IMG/VR virus record: IMGVR_UViG_3300042090_002485
Span: 1-64,000 of that record
Strand: one strand, 5' to 3'
Length of the DNA stretch: 64,000 bases
Source of the DNA: a virus
Both the position numbers and the translations under genes were made by a program. The notes under the pieces are model-generated. The model saw only the letters and a list, made by a program, of their open reading frames with translations, ran no database searches and was not told the DNA's origin. Positions 45,103 to 53,740 of the stretch are shown in pieces (position 1 is the first letter of the stretch; every line of letters starts with the position of its first letter).

Positions 45103-45779
45103 CAGTGGACGATCTCCTCGCGGGGCACGGCGGCTCCCGCCTCATGCGTCAGCTCGCGGAACTTGAGCTTGGCGAGCAGGTCGGAGAGGTTGCCGCCGGT
45201 GCCGCCATCGGAGACGAGCGCGGCCGCGTTCATCGCGGTCTTCAGCATGCTGTGCGCGGCCGAGCCCTCGGTGCTGTTCAGCGTGTTCATGCGCAGCGTG
45301 CGCATGCTGCGGAAGTAGGCCTCGCGCATCGTCTGCTCTTGGACGTGCGACGCAGAGAGCTTGGACTCGCGACCGGAGTGGTGCGCGAGCGCCTCGACGC
45401 CGTCGAAGTGGGTGGCGACCGCGAGCATGGCGCGACCGAGCGGGCTGCCCTCGTAGTTCCGCACCCATCGCAGCAACTCGAGTCGGTCGCGGAAGTTGGA
45501 CAGGTTGCAGCACAGGTGGCGGAATGCCGGCAGCACAGCGAGCGAGACGCCGATGTCCTGGTGGATGCGCGTGTCCTCCGCCCCCGCGATGATCCAGGCC
45601 TGGACCTGCTCACGCTCGAAGAACGGGTCTTCATAGAGGTCGACGACGCGCTCCATGACGTCGGAGAACACGACGCCGTTGAGGTGGCGCCACAGCGCCT
45701 GCTCGTGCTCCTGCTTCGGCTCTTCGGCCATACGCATGACCGCGAGGTAGCGCGAGTCGGGCTTGCGCTCACGCCGCAT
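45102..45779 (-). CDS. hypothetical protein
   Basis: 225 aa, helical, coupled to neighbours. Confidence 0.65.
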   Translation of the reverse strand: MRRERKPDSRYLAVMRMAEEPKQEHEQALWRHLNGVVFSDVMERVVDLYEDPFFEREQVQAWIIAGAEDTRIHQDIGVSLAVLPAFRHLCCNLSNFRDRLELLRWVRNYEGSPLGRAMLAVATHFDGVEALAHHSGRESKLSASHVQEQTMREAYFRSMRTLRMNTLNSTEGSAAHSMLKTAMNAAALVSDGGTGGNLSDLLAKLKFRELTHEAGAAVPREEIVH

Positions 45780-48700
45780 GATCGTCCGGCTCCTTTACGG
45801 CCTGGACGCCGCGGGACAGGCGCAGGACGAGGTCGCCCAGGCCCTTGAACGACGACTGCATGTTCTCCTCGATGCCCGCGAACGCGGCCTCACCGATCTG
45901 CTGCTTGAGATCAGGCTCCTGCATCCACAGCGTGAGCTGCACGCGGGCGAGGTTGTCGACGGCCTTCTCGAGGTTGGGGAGGTACTGCGCGACGACGCCG
46001 TGCAGCTCGGGTGACTGCGCGAGCGTGGCGACGGCCGCCGCGTCGAACATGTCGGCGGAGCGCATTTGCGCGACCTGGTCGAGGAACTGCGGGTTGATCT
46101 CCTGCCCCATCGCCTGCGCGTTTGGGCCGTCGGAGGGCATCATCGCCGACGGCGGCGGCTGTCCGCCGCCCATCGCCGGATCCATACCGCCCATGCCGCT
46201 CATGCTCGGGTCGCCACCGGGCATGCCACCCGACATGCCGCTCATCATCGACGGGTCCATGCCAGGCTGCCCACCGCTGGGCATGCCGCCGCCCATGCCG
46301 CCGAACATCCCGCCCATCGACGGGTCGGCGCCGCCGCCCATCATCGACGGGTCGCCGGCGCCGGGAGGGAACGGGCCGCCCGGAGGCATGCCCGGAGGCA
46401 CGGCCGCGCCCATCGACGGATCCTGCGGCGGTTGGCCCATACCCGCGGTCATGCCGGGAGGCATGCCCGGCCCACCCGTCGCGAGGTTCATCGACGACGG
46501 AGGCGCACCCATTGCTTGCGACTGCACGGACGCGGCAGGCGGTGCGCCGCCGCCGATCTCGCTCGAACGCTGCAGCAGCTGTTGGATCGTCTGTTGACGG
46601 TCCATCAACTTCTGCATCTCGTGCTGGATCGCTTGGTCCATCTCCATCGCTGCGAGGTCGAGCGGCGCCGGCGGGGGCGGAGCAGGCGGTGGGCCCATTG
46701 CTGCCATGGCCGCGTCTTGTCCGAGGTTCGGATCGCCCATGCTCGGATCGCCGCCCGGCGGACCCGCGTCAGCGCCGCCGTTCGGCGGAGCCTTCTTCTT
46801 CGGCTTGCTATCGGACTTTTTCTTGTCGTCGCTGTCATCGGCACCGAGCTTGCCCAACAAGCCACCTAACGCACCGCCCATCATTGCACCGCGCTGCGGT
46901 GCTCCGGGTAGTTGCGGAGCTTGGGGTTTCTTGGCGAGCAATCCCTTGAGAGGACCTCCGAGTGATGCAGGACCGCCCGAACCTCCCATCGCACTGCTGT
47001 CGACGAAAGACGAGGTTTTGTCACCTGCAGCGATCTTGTCGAGGCGGATTTGTGCGGTCGCGAGCTGCGCGCGCGTCGCGATCCACGCCGTTGCCGAATG
47101 GTCGGACGCGGCCTTCGTGAGCAGTGCCTCGGCGTCGTCGACGGAGATGTTGCATCCGTGAGCGAGCTTCTTGAGCGCGGGAACGAAGCTCAGCGGAGCC
47201 ATTCCGTTGATCGAGAACTGCTTGGCGCCCGCGTCCTTGATCGCGACCTTCTTCGCGCCCACGGCCGAGAGCATGCTCGAGACGCACGCCTGCAGGTCGA
47301 GCGCGGAGCGATACCAGCCGCGCTCGTCGAGCTTCTCGCCGAGCGGGATCCAGATGAAGTCCGGCGGGAGGTAGACGACGTCGGCGCCCTTGGGCATCCA
47401 GATCGCGCCGTAGGGGTGCGTCGGGTCGGTGCAGACGGTCTTCTCCGGGTAGCCGCCAATCCCGCTGATCTTCAGGCGGCGCACGCCGTCGCTGCCGGTC
47501 GACATCGACTTGACCTCGACGGGCACCGTTGCCTGGTAGACCGAGTGGAGCTTGCGGACGAAGAAGCCCTTGCCCGTCCGCGGTGCACCGTCGACCTTGT
47601 CGAACAGGCGTTCCTGGAGCCGGCCGGCAACGTCGTCAGCGACGGAGCTGCGCCCGACCAGACGATCCGTCATGAGGTACTTGCCGTCGCCGAATGCGGC
47701 GAGGTACGGCTTCGCGGTGTAGTCGCGCTTGGTCGCGTAGTCGGCCTCGTTCGGGCGCCCGACCGGGTAGACCTTGTTGTTGGGCCCGAAGTTGTCGGGG
47801 TCGCGGTACGAGTTGTCGACGACGGGGTTGTGCGCCGGGATCGCCGGGCGCCGGCCGTAGCGCGTGCCGTCGTCGAGCAGGTCGATCGGATCGGGCATCA
47901 CGAACGCGTAGCGCTCGCCGCCGTCGGAGCTGTAGAGGCAGTACACGCCCGGCTGGTTCGGTTCGGTCCAGTGCGCGAACGGCTGCTCCTGCACCGCCAT
48001 GTTACGGGTCAGACGCTCGTCCTTGGCGGCAAAGCCCTTCTTGCGCACGCCCGCGTAGGCCTCGCCGGCCTGGTCACCGAAGATGCGGCGGAAGTCGGTC
48101 GGCGTGTTGTCCTTGTCGGCGATCCACAACGCACCGCCAGACAACTGCTTGGCCGCGACCTTCTCGAGGCGCGGCTGGACCGCGCGCGACAGCGCCGCGA
48201 CGCCGTAGAACGCCGCTGCCGTCTTGAGCAGGCGGGGGTGGCGCTTGAGCGTGGCGACGAATGCGGTCTTCACCCGGTTGGGTGCGGCTTCGAGCATGCC
48301 GATGAACATCGGCGCGGGCTCGGCCGCTTCCTTTTCGCGCGCGTCGAGGTACTCGCGCGAGACGACGCGCGAGGCGTCGTAGATCGCCTTGGGCATCCAC
48401 GCCGCGTACGAGAACCGGCCCGTGATCGGCGGCACCACGACGTTGCGGATGTCGACGTCGGTGTAGAGCGTCTCGGGGGTCTTGATGCCCTTGCCCAGCG
48501 CCGAGAGCGCTGTCTTGTCGATCTCGTCCAGCCAGCCCTTGGTCAGCGGCAGGAAGATGTTGAGGGTCTTGTGGAAGAAGACCTCGAGCGGCTTGATCGT
48601 GTTGTCGACGAGCACGACCGGGATGTAGATCGGCTGGTCGTTGCGGAGCACGATGAACGCGCCCACGCCCGCTCCCTTGTCGACGTCGGCCTTGATCACC

Positions 48701-48858
48701 TTGAAGGTGACGACGTCCTGCATGACGTCGGGCATCTTCGACGACAGGAGGTTGTAGGCCATGTCGGACATGCCCTGCTCGAAGAGCTGGGCCTCCTGGT
48801 CCGGGCCGGCGTTCATCCCGGCCTGGAACTGCTGAGTGCGCGGGCTGAGCGGCGGCAT
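45769..48858 (-). CDS. large (1029 aa) internal head/core-like protein with an M/G/P-rich low-complexity region
   Basis: Many K-x-A motifs; PGMPPGM/DPSMGG repeats. Confidence 0.75.
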   Translation of the reverse strand: MPPLSPRTQQFQAGMNAGPDQEAQLFEQGMSDMAYNLLSSKMPDVMQDVVTFKVIKADVDKGAGVGAFIVLRNDQPIYIPVVLVDNTIKPLEVFFHKTLNIFLPLTKGWLDEIDKTALSALGKGIKTPETLYTDVDIRNVVVPPITGRFSYAAWMPKAIYDASRVVSREYLDAREKEAAEPAPMFIGMLEAAPNRVKTAFVATLKRHPRLLKTAAAFYGVAALSRAVQPRLEKVAAKQLSGGALWIADKDNTPTDFRRIFGDQAGEAYAGVRKKGFAAKDERLTRNMAVQEQPFAHWTEPNQPGVYCLYSSDGGERYAFVMPDPIDLLDDGTRYGRRPAIPAHNPVVDNSYRDPDNFGPNNKVYPVGRPNEADYATKRDYTAKPYLAAFGDGKYLMTDRLVGRSSVADDVAGRLQERLFDKVDGAPRTGKGFFVRKLHSVYQATVPVEVKSMSTGSDGVRRLKISGIGGYPEKTVCTDPTHPYGAIWMPKGADVVYLPPDFIWIPLGEKLDERGWYRSALDLQACVSSMLSAVGAKKVAIKDAGAKQFSINGMAPLSFVPALKKLAHGCNISVDDAEALLTKAASDHSATAWIATRAQLATAQIRLDKIAAGDKTSSFVDSSAMGGSGGPASLGGPLKGLLAKKPQAPQLPGAPQRGAMMGGALGGLLGKLGADDSDDKKKSDSKPKKKAPPNGGADAGPPGGDPSMGDPNLGQDAAMAAMGPPPAPPPPAPLDLAAMEMDQAIQHEMQKLMDRQQTIQQLLQRSSEIGGGAPPAASVQSQAMGAPPSSMNLATGGPGMPPGMTAGMGQPPQDPSMGAAVPPGMPPGGPFPPGAGDPSMMGGGADPSMGGMFGGMGGGMPSGGQPGMDPSMMSGMSGGMPGGDPSMSGMGGMDPAMGGGQPPPSAMMPSDGPNAQAMGQEINPQFLDQVAQMRSADMFDAAAVATLAQSPELHGVVAQYLPNLEKAVDNLARVQLTLWMQEPDLKQQIGEAAFAGIEENMQSSFKGLGDLVLRLSRGVQAVKEPDDHAA

Positions 48859-49046
48859 TATGGGTGACCTCGGTCAGGACGTCGGGAAGGAGACGACCTT
48901 CGGAATGGGAGCGTTGGGTGTGCTGGGCCCGGTGCCCAGCTCTCGGGTCTTCTGCGCCTTGAGCGAGGCCAGTGTCGGCATCGCGATCTCGGCAAGCTTG
49001 TCTTCGACGGCGCGAAGCCCGGCGAGGCGGATGTGGCGAGGAAGGC

Positions 49047-50369
49047 TCACGCCGCGCTGCGCTGGGCGGCGTTGATGCGCTCGATCTCGGCCTTGAGGGC
49101 CGCCTTCTTCTCCTCCTCGTGCTTCATCCACGGCGGCAGGTCCTTGTCCTTGTCCTTGTCCTTGCCGTCGTCGTCCTTCTTGTCCTTGTCGTCGTCCTTC
49201 TTCTCGCCCTCCTCCTTCTTCTCCATGAAGGGCGGAAGCTCGGCCGACTTGGTGCCCTGGTTGCCTCCGCGCCCGTCGTAGGCGCCGGGCCGCGAGTGCG
49301 TCGCCTCGGGGGTGTGGTTCTTGTAGCCGTCCGTGCGCGAGCCCGGCGGGACCGCCGCGGGCGTCGCCGCCGCGGTCTTCTCGGACGCCTCCTTCTGGAG
49401 GCCCGTCAGGTAGTGCGCCTTCTCGACGACGTTCAGGCCCATGCACGCGCGGACCGCGGCGACTTTGCGGTCGTCGTCGAACGACGCGGGCAGGTACTCG
49501 GCGACCTCGGCAGCCGTTTTCTTGAACAGCGCGATGTAGGGGTCCTCCGCCGCAGCCTTCGCCGAGTGCTGCTGGACCGAGTTCGACTTGTCGTCGGTGC
49601 GGGCGGGGGCGTTGGGCTGCGTGGTCTCGCGGCCGACGACGGCCGGGCCCTTCACCTGCTTCATCACCTCGCCGAGGCTGCCGACGCCGGCGACACCGAA
49701 CGTCGCATAGCCCGACGGGCGCTGCTCGGCGTCCATCTTGGCCTCGGCGGAGCCCATCGCCTTGTTGCCCTTGTCGCCGCCGAGGATTGTCGAGCCCTCA
49801 GCCTGCTTGAACAGGCTGCGCAGCGTCTCGGACGCGGTGCGCGACTGCTCCTGCGGCGAGTTCGACTTGTCGTCGCTGCGCGCCGGCTTGTTCGGGTTCT
49901 CTTCTTCCTTGCCCACCGCACCCGGCTTTGTGTCGACCTCGGTCTTGCCGAGGCTGTCCGTCGCGTAGCCCGGCGGGCGCTGCTCGACGTCCATCTTCGT
50001 CTCGCCGGCCGGCGACTGCTTCTCCTCGTTGCCCTTGTCGCCGCCCTCGATGGTCGAGCCCTCGGCGAGCTTCGTCATCAACTGGATGACGCTGTGGTTG
50101 GCGAGCTTGTGCACGTCCTCCCACGAGCTGAGCTTGTTGAAGGACGCCGCCTTGAACCCCGGCCGGCCCTTGAACCAGTCAGATGCCGCGATGACCTCGT
50201 TCGAGACCTTGACCACGACGTCGCGACCGATGTCCCGGCTCAGGTCGATCTCGACGCGGTCCGCGATGAGGTCCGCGACCTTGTGTGCGGTGGTCTCGTC
50301 GGGGAACGAAGCGCGGCCTGCGTTGACCAGCGCGGTCTGGATGCCACGAACGAAGGCGTGCTTGAACAT
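49047..50369 (-). CDS. scaffold/core-like protein with two internal repeats
   Basis: KLA-EGSTIEGGDKGN...DDKSNS and KQA-EGSTILGGDKGN...DDKSNS; CCTATCATT and AGGAG upstream. Confidence 0.75.
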   Translation of the reverse strand: MFKHAFVRGIQTALVNAGRASFPDETTAHKVADLIADRVEIDLSRDIGRDVVVKVSNEVIAASDWFKGRPGFKAASFNKLSSWEDVHKLANHSVIQLMTKLAEGSTIEGGDKGNEEKQSPAGETKMDVEQRPPGYATDSLGKTEVDTKPGAVGKEEENPNKPARSDDKSNSPQEQSRTASETLRSLFKQAEGSTILGGDKGNKAMGSAEAKMDAEQRPSGYATFGVAGVGSLGEVMKQVKGPAVVGRETTQPNAPARTDDKSNSVQQHSAKAAAEDPYIALFKKTAAEVAEYLPASFDDDRKVAAVRACMGLNVVEKAHYLTGLQKEASEKTAAATPAAVPPGSRTDGYKNHTPEATHSRPGAYDGRGGNQGTKSAELPPFMEKKEEGEKKDDDKDKKDDDGKDKDKDKDLPPWMKHEEEKKAALKAEIERINAAQRSAA

Positions 50370-50432
50370 GCGGCTATCTCTCCTGGGGAACGGGTGAATG
50401 ATAGGGCGGCATTTGGCAATTCCCAACGCGGG

Positions 50433-50645
50433 TCAGCCGAGCGCCTTGGCCTTGGGCGCGCCTGCAGCGATCGCAGGTGATGCAGGTGCTGGGGCAGCCG
50501 CTGTTGCAGGTGGTGCGTGGTTCGTCGCGGCTTGGCCGCTGAGCATCGGGTTGTAGCCCGCAGCGCCCTGCATCATGTTGGCGAGCTTGAAGTGCGCGAG
50601 GGCGCCTGCGCAGCCCGCCTCATACGAGTCCTTGAGAGTTTTCAT
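50433..50645 (-). CDS. small tagged protein
   Basis: MKTLKDSYEAGCAGALAHFKLAN. Confidence 0.7.
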   Translation of the reverse strand: MKTLKDSYEAGCAGALAHFKLANMMQGAAGYNPMLSGQAATNHAPPATAAAPAPASPAIAAGAPKAKALG

Positions 50646-50660
50646 GGCGTCTTGTCCCTG

Positions 50661-51101
50661 TTAGAAGAGGCGTCCGACTGCGTGTCCGAGGCCGCGACCT
50701 AGCGCCATCCCGATCGGCGCGACAGCGAGTCCGCCTGCTTGACCGCCGTACATCATGCCCGCGAGACCGCCGATGCCGCCGAGCAGGCGCGCCGCGCGGC
50801 CCTGCTCGGGGTCGCTGTGCATCATGCCGGGAAGCGCAGCCAGCGTGCCGAGGGTGCCGATGCGGCCCAGCGTCTGGCGAACAGGTTGGCCGGGCAGCGT
50901 CGGCCACAGCACCTGGCGCGGGTGCAGCGCGCCGCCCGCGCGGAACGCGGCGGGCCCCTGCACGAACGCCTCCGGTCCCATGCCGACCAGGCCGAGGTTG
51001 CGTGCCGCGCTGATCCCGGTGTCAATGAGGTTGGCCTCCTTGAAGCCGAAGCGCGCGCGGGCTGCTGCCGCGCCCGCTTCGTGTGCACTGGCGATGGTCA
51101 T
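50661..51101 (-). CDS. tagged glycine-zipper protein
   Basis: MTIASAHEAGAAAARARFGFKEAN; C-terminal GxxxG helices. Confidence 0.72.
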   Translation of the reverse strand: MTIASAHEAGAAAARARFGFKEANLIDTGISAARNLGLVGMGPEAFVQGPAAFRAGGALHPRQVLWPTLPGQPVRQTLGRIGTLGTLAALPGMMHSDPEQGRAARLLGGIGGLAGMMYGGQAGGLAVAPIGMALGRGLGHAVGRLF

Positions 51102-52879
51102 CAGTAGCCTCCGTCCTGGCCGAGACCGAACTCGGCACCCGCGACGTACGCCGGCACCGGCGAGGCGCCGTGCAGGTTCGACACGTCGCCGCGGTGGATG
51201 CCCGCGAGCAGAGACTCCTTGAGGTAGCGGTGCGCCAGGCGCGCCATCCAGTCGGGGTTCAGCAGCGGCGTGCGCGACGCGGCGCGCATGACGGGCACCG
51301 CGCGGGGCCCGGTCGTCGCGATCGGCACTGACGTCACGCCGTGGCGCGTGAGCTGCTCGACCATCGGCGGCGTGATCATCGTGCCCGCGGTGTGGTGAAG
51401 CACGGTGTCGGCCAGGGTCTCGCCGACCGCGTCAGCCGTCGGTACGCGGCGCTTGTCGGCGGCGAGCGCGGCGTGGAAGCGGTTGTAGTCGATGACGTCG
51501 CCCTTGAGGAACGCGTCGTCTGGTCCGGGGTCGACGACCTGGACGTAGTTGAGCACGCTCTTCGCGAGCGTCTCGAGGTGGCGCTTGTCGACCTCGGAGC
51601 CTGAACGCTTGTAGACGTCGGCGAGCGCGTCGACGAGGTAGCGCCGGCCCTCGCCGAGGCCCTTGTGCTCGACGACCTCGTCGGGCTTGGGCACGCCGTC
51701 AGAGAGCTGGTCGCCGGCGTAGACCGACTGGCCCGGCGCGACGAGGACACGGTGCTCGGGCGCCACGTAGTGTCGGGTGTCCCCGACGGTGACGTAGTGC
51801 CCGCCCTGTGGCGCGGCCTCGATGCCCTTGACCTCGCCATCGAGCCCGGCGAGCACTGCTTTGTGGGCGAACGACGACGGCACCTCGAGCAGCGAGCGCA
51901 CGCCCTTGATGCCCTCGAGTTTTTTCTCGTCGTCAGCGCGCGCGACGCGGCCGCCGTGCTTGGCGTTGAGGCTGAACTGCGTGAGCGGCTCGCTCAGCGC
52001 CTGCGCCGCGCGCACGCCGACGTTGGTGCCGATCGGGTGCAGACCACCCGCGGGCGCGAGACCCTGGCACTTCTGGCAGACGCCATGTGGCGCCTCGCAC
52101 GTCATTGGCGAGCGCACGGTGACGGTCTTGCCCTCGCGCGTCAGCTCCGACGCCAGTGCCGGCGTGACCAGGCGCCCGTCGGTGAGGTAGCGGTCGATGA
52201 CGTGCGGGTCCGACCCGAGCATCGCGATGCCGTTCTTGGTGCCGCAGTCTGGCGTCGTGATGAGCTGGTCGCCCATGTTGTTGACGAGGATCTTGGCGAG
52301 GTCGCCTGGCTCGACGACGGAGATGTTTGAGAGCACCGCGTTCACGCGCGCCTCGCCGCCGGCGACCCACGCATCGGCGGGCTTGAGCCCCTCGGAGAAG
52401 CTCCGGTCGATGAGCCACGGTACGACCTTGCCCTTCGAGTCGCGCACCATCACCGGCGCGCCGACCGCGCGCATCAGCTGCGCGGCGTTGCCGCGGCCGC
52501 CGGAGCGGACCATGTCGCCCATCGTGCCCGGGTGCTTCTTGGCGACGCCGAGCATCGCGTCGAAGCCCGCGGCGAGCGCCTTCTCCTTCTCGGCCGCGGT
52601 GCCGGCGCGGCGGAACGCGGCTGCGTGCGGGCCGAGCGCGGCGTCGCGCTCCTCGCGCTTGGGCGCGATGTCGTCCAGCCCGACCGAAATGCCGTCGAGC
52701 GTCGCGACCTCGTCGCCGACGCGCTTGAGCTTGGTGACAGCGTCGGGGTAGCCGCGCGGATCCTCCTTGGCGAGGCCGACGAGCAGCTCGTTGAGCGAGC
52801 CCTTCGTCAGCTCGCCGCGTCCGCGCCACTTCGGCGGCAGCGCGGAATCTACGAGGTGGCGACCGAGCGTGGTGGGCAC
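51101..52879 (-). CDS. rpoC: RNA polymerase beta-prime subunit, C-terminal half
   Basis: TTLGR, SVGLDD, MVRSGGRG, SFSEGL (bridge-helix region), DCGT..VRSPMTC...VCQKCQG Zn site, trigger loop AAQALSEPLTQ...HGG. Confidence 0.93.
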   Translation of the reverse strand: MPTTLGRHLVDSALPPKWRGRGELTKGSLNELLVGLAKEDPRGYPDAVTKLKRVGDEVATLDGISVGLDDIAPKREERDAALGPHAAAFRRAGTAAEKEKALAAGFDAMLGVAKKHPGTMGDMVRSGGRGNAAQLMRAVGAPVMVRDSKGKVVPWLIDRSFSEGLKPADAWVAGGEARVNAVLSNISVVEPGDLAKILVNNMGDQLITTPDCGTKNGIAMLGSDPHVIDRYLTDGRLVTPALASELTREGKTVTVRSPMTCEAPHGVCQKCQGLAPAGGLHPIGTNVGVRAAQALSEPLTQFSLNAKHGGRVARADDEKKLEGIKGVRSLLEVPSSFAHKAVLAGLDGEVKGIEAAPQGGHYVTVGDTRHYVAPEHRVLVAPGQSVYAGDQLSDGVPKPDEVVEHKGLGEGRRYLVDALADVYKRSGSEVDKRHLETLAKSVLNYVQVVDPGPDDAFLKGDVIDYNRFHAALAADKRRVPTADAVGETLADTVLHHTAGTMITPPMVEQLTRHGVTSVPIATTGPRAVPVMRAASRTPLLNPDWMARLAHRYLKESLLAGIHRGDVSNLHGASPVPAYVAGAEFGLGQDGGY

Positions 52880-52880
52880 G

Positions 52881-53273
52881 TCACATCCCGGGGTAGCCGC
52901 TGCCGCCGCCCATCATCATCTGTTGCTGACGGGCCTGTTGCTCGCGCTTTGCCTGGTTGTGCCGATGGAGCATGTAGAGCGCGCCGCCGGCGAGCAGCGA
53001 CGGCGCGAGCGTGCGCATGTTGCCGAGCGCGTTCTGGCGTGCCTCCATGCCGAGCGCGGGCGTTGCTGCGCCGCCGAGACCTTGGCGGAGGTTGCCGTAA
53101 AGGTCCTTCGCAGCGCCCATCTGTCCCTGTCCGAACGCCTTGGCACGGTCCATCAGGCCGGGCCCCGCGGGCGCGGGCGGCGCTGCGGGCGTCGACATGA
53201 ACGCGGGGTCGTTGGCGAGCTTGAAGAAGCGGATGGCGGCATCGCGGCCGCGCGCGGTGGAGTCGTTCAGCAT
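52881..53273 (-). CDS. small tagged protein with a TM segment
   Basis: MLNDSTARGRDAAIRFFKLAN; LLAGGALYML. Confidence 0.7.
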   Translation of the reverse strand: MLNDSTARGRDAAIRFFKLANDPAFMSTPAAPPAPAGPGLMDRAKAFGQGQMGAAKDLYGNLRQGLGGAATPALGMEARQNALGNMRTLAPSLLAGGALYMLHRHNQAKREQQARQQQMMMGGGSGYPGM

Positions 53274-53734
53274 CAGAACACCGTTCCGATTGATGTGGGC
53301 TGGCCCATGTCGCTGAGCCGGTTCGCGGTATCACCTGCCGACAGGTTCGACGGCGCGCCCCACGAGGTGGAGCGGTCGAGCGGGTCGCGCGCAGACAGCT
53401 GGTCGCCGGGTGACAGCGGTGAGTCGAGGCCGCTGAGCGCGGCTGCGAGGTCGTCGGCCGAGCCTAGGCTCGCGCGTTTGGCGTTGCGCTCGTGCTCGGT
53501 CTTGAACGCCTCGTCCCAGCCGTGGAACTCGCGGCGCGGGATCTTCAGGCGGATCTCGGCGGAGGCTTCCTTGAAGCCGAACTGCTCGAGCGCGGCGGCG
53601 GCGCCGAGCACGAACGAGTGCTTGACCTTCTCGGGGAGCTTCTTGTCCTTGGGCGTCGCATCCTCGAACTCCTTGGCCAGTTCGGGGTGGCGGGCGTACA
53701 TGAACCGCCGCTGCGCCTGGGACTTGAAGGGCAC
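53273..53734 (-). CDS. small protein with a basic MPFKSQAQRRFMY N-terminal motif and an internal tag
   Basis: GTG 5 nt after TATAAT; SFVLGAAAALEQFGFKEAS. Confidence 0.72.
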   Translation of the reverse strand: MPFKSQAQRRFMYARHPELAKEFEDATPKDKKLPEKVKHSFVLGAAAALEQFGFKEASAEIRLKIPRREFHGWDEAFKTEHERNAKRASLGSADDLAAALSGLDSPLSPGDQLSARDPLDRSTSWGAPSNLSAGDTANRLSDMGQPTSIGTVF

Positions 53735-53740
53735 GACCAA

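Noticed and set aside
48874-48981. 35-aa ORF MPTLASLKAQKTRELG...
   Set aside because: Too short, with weak start signals; cannot be supported from sequence alone
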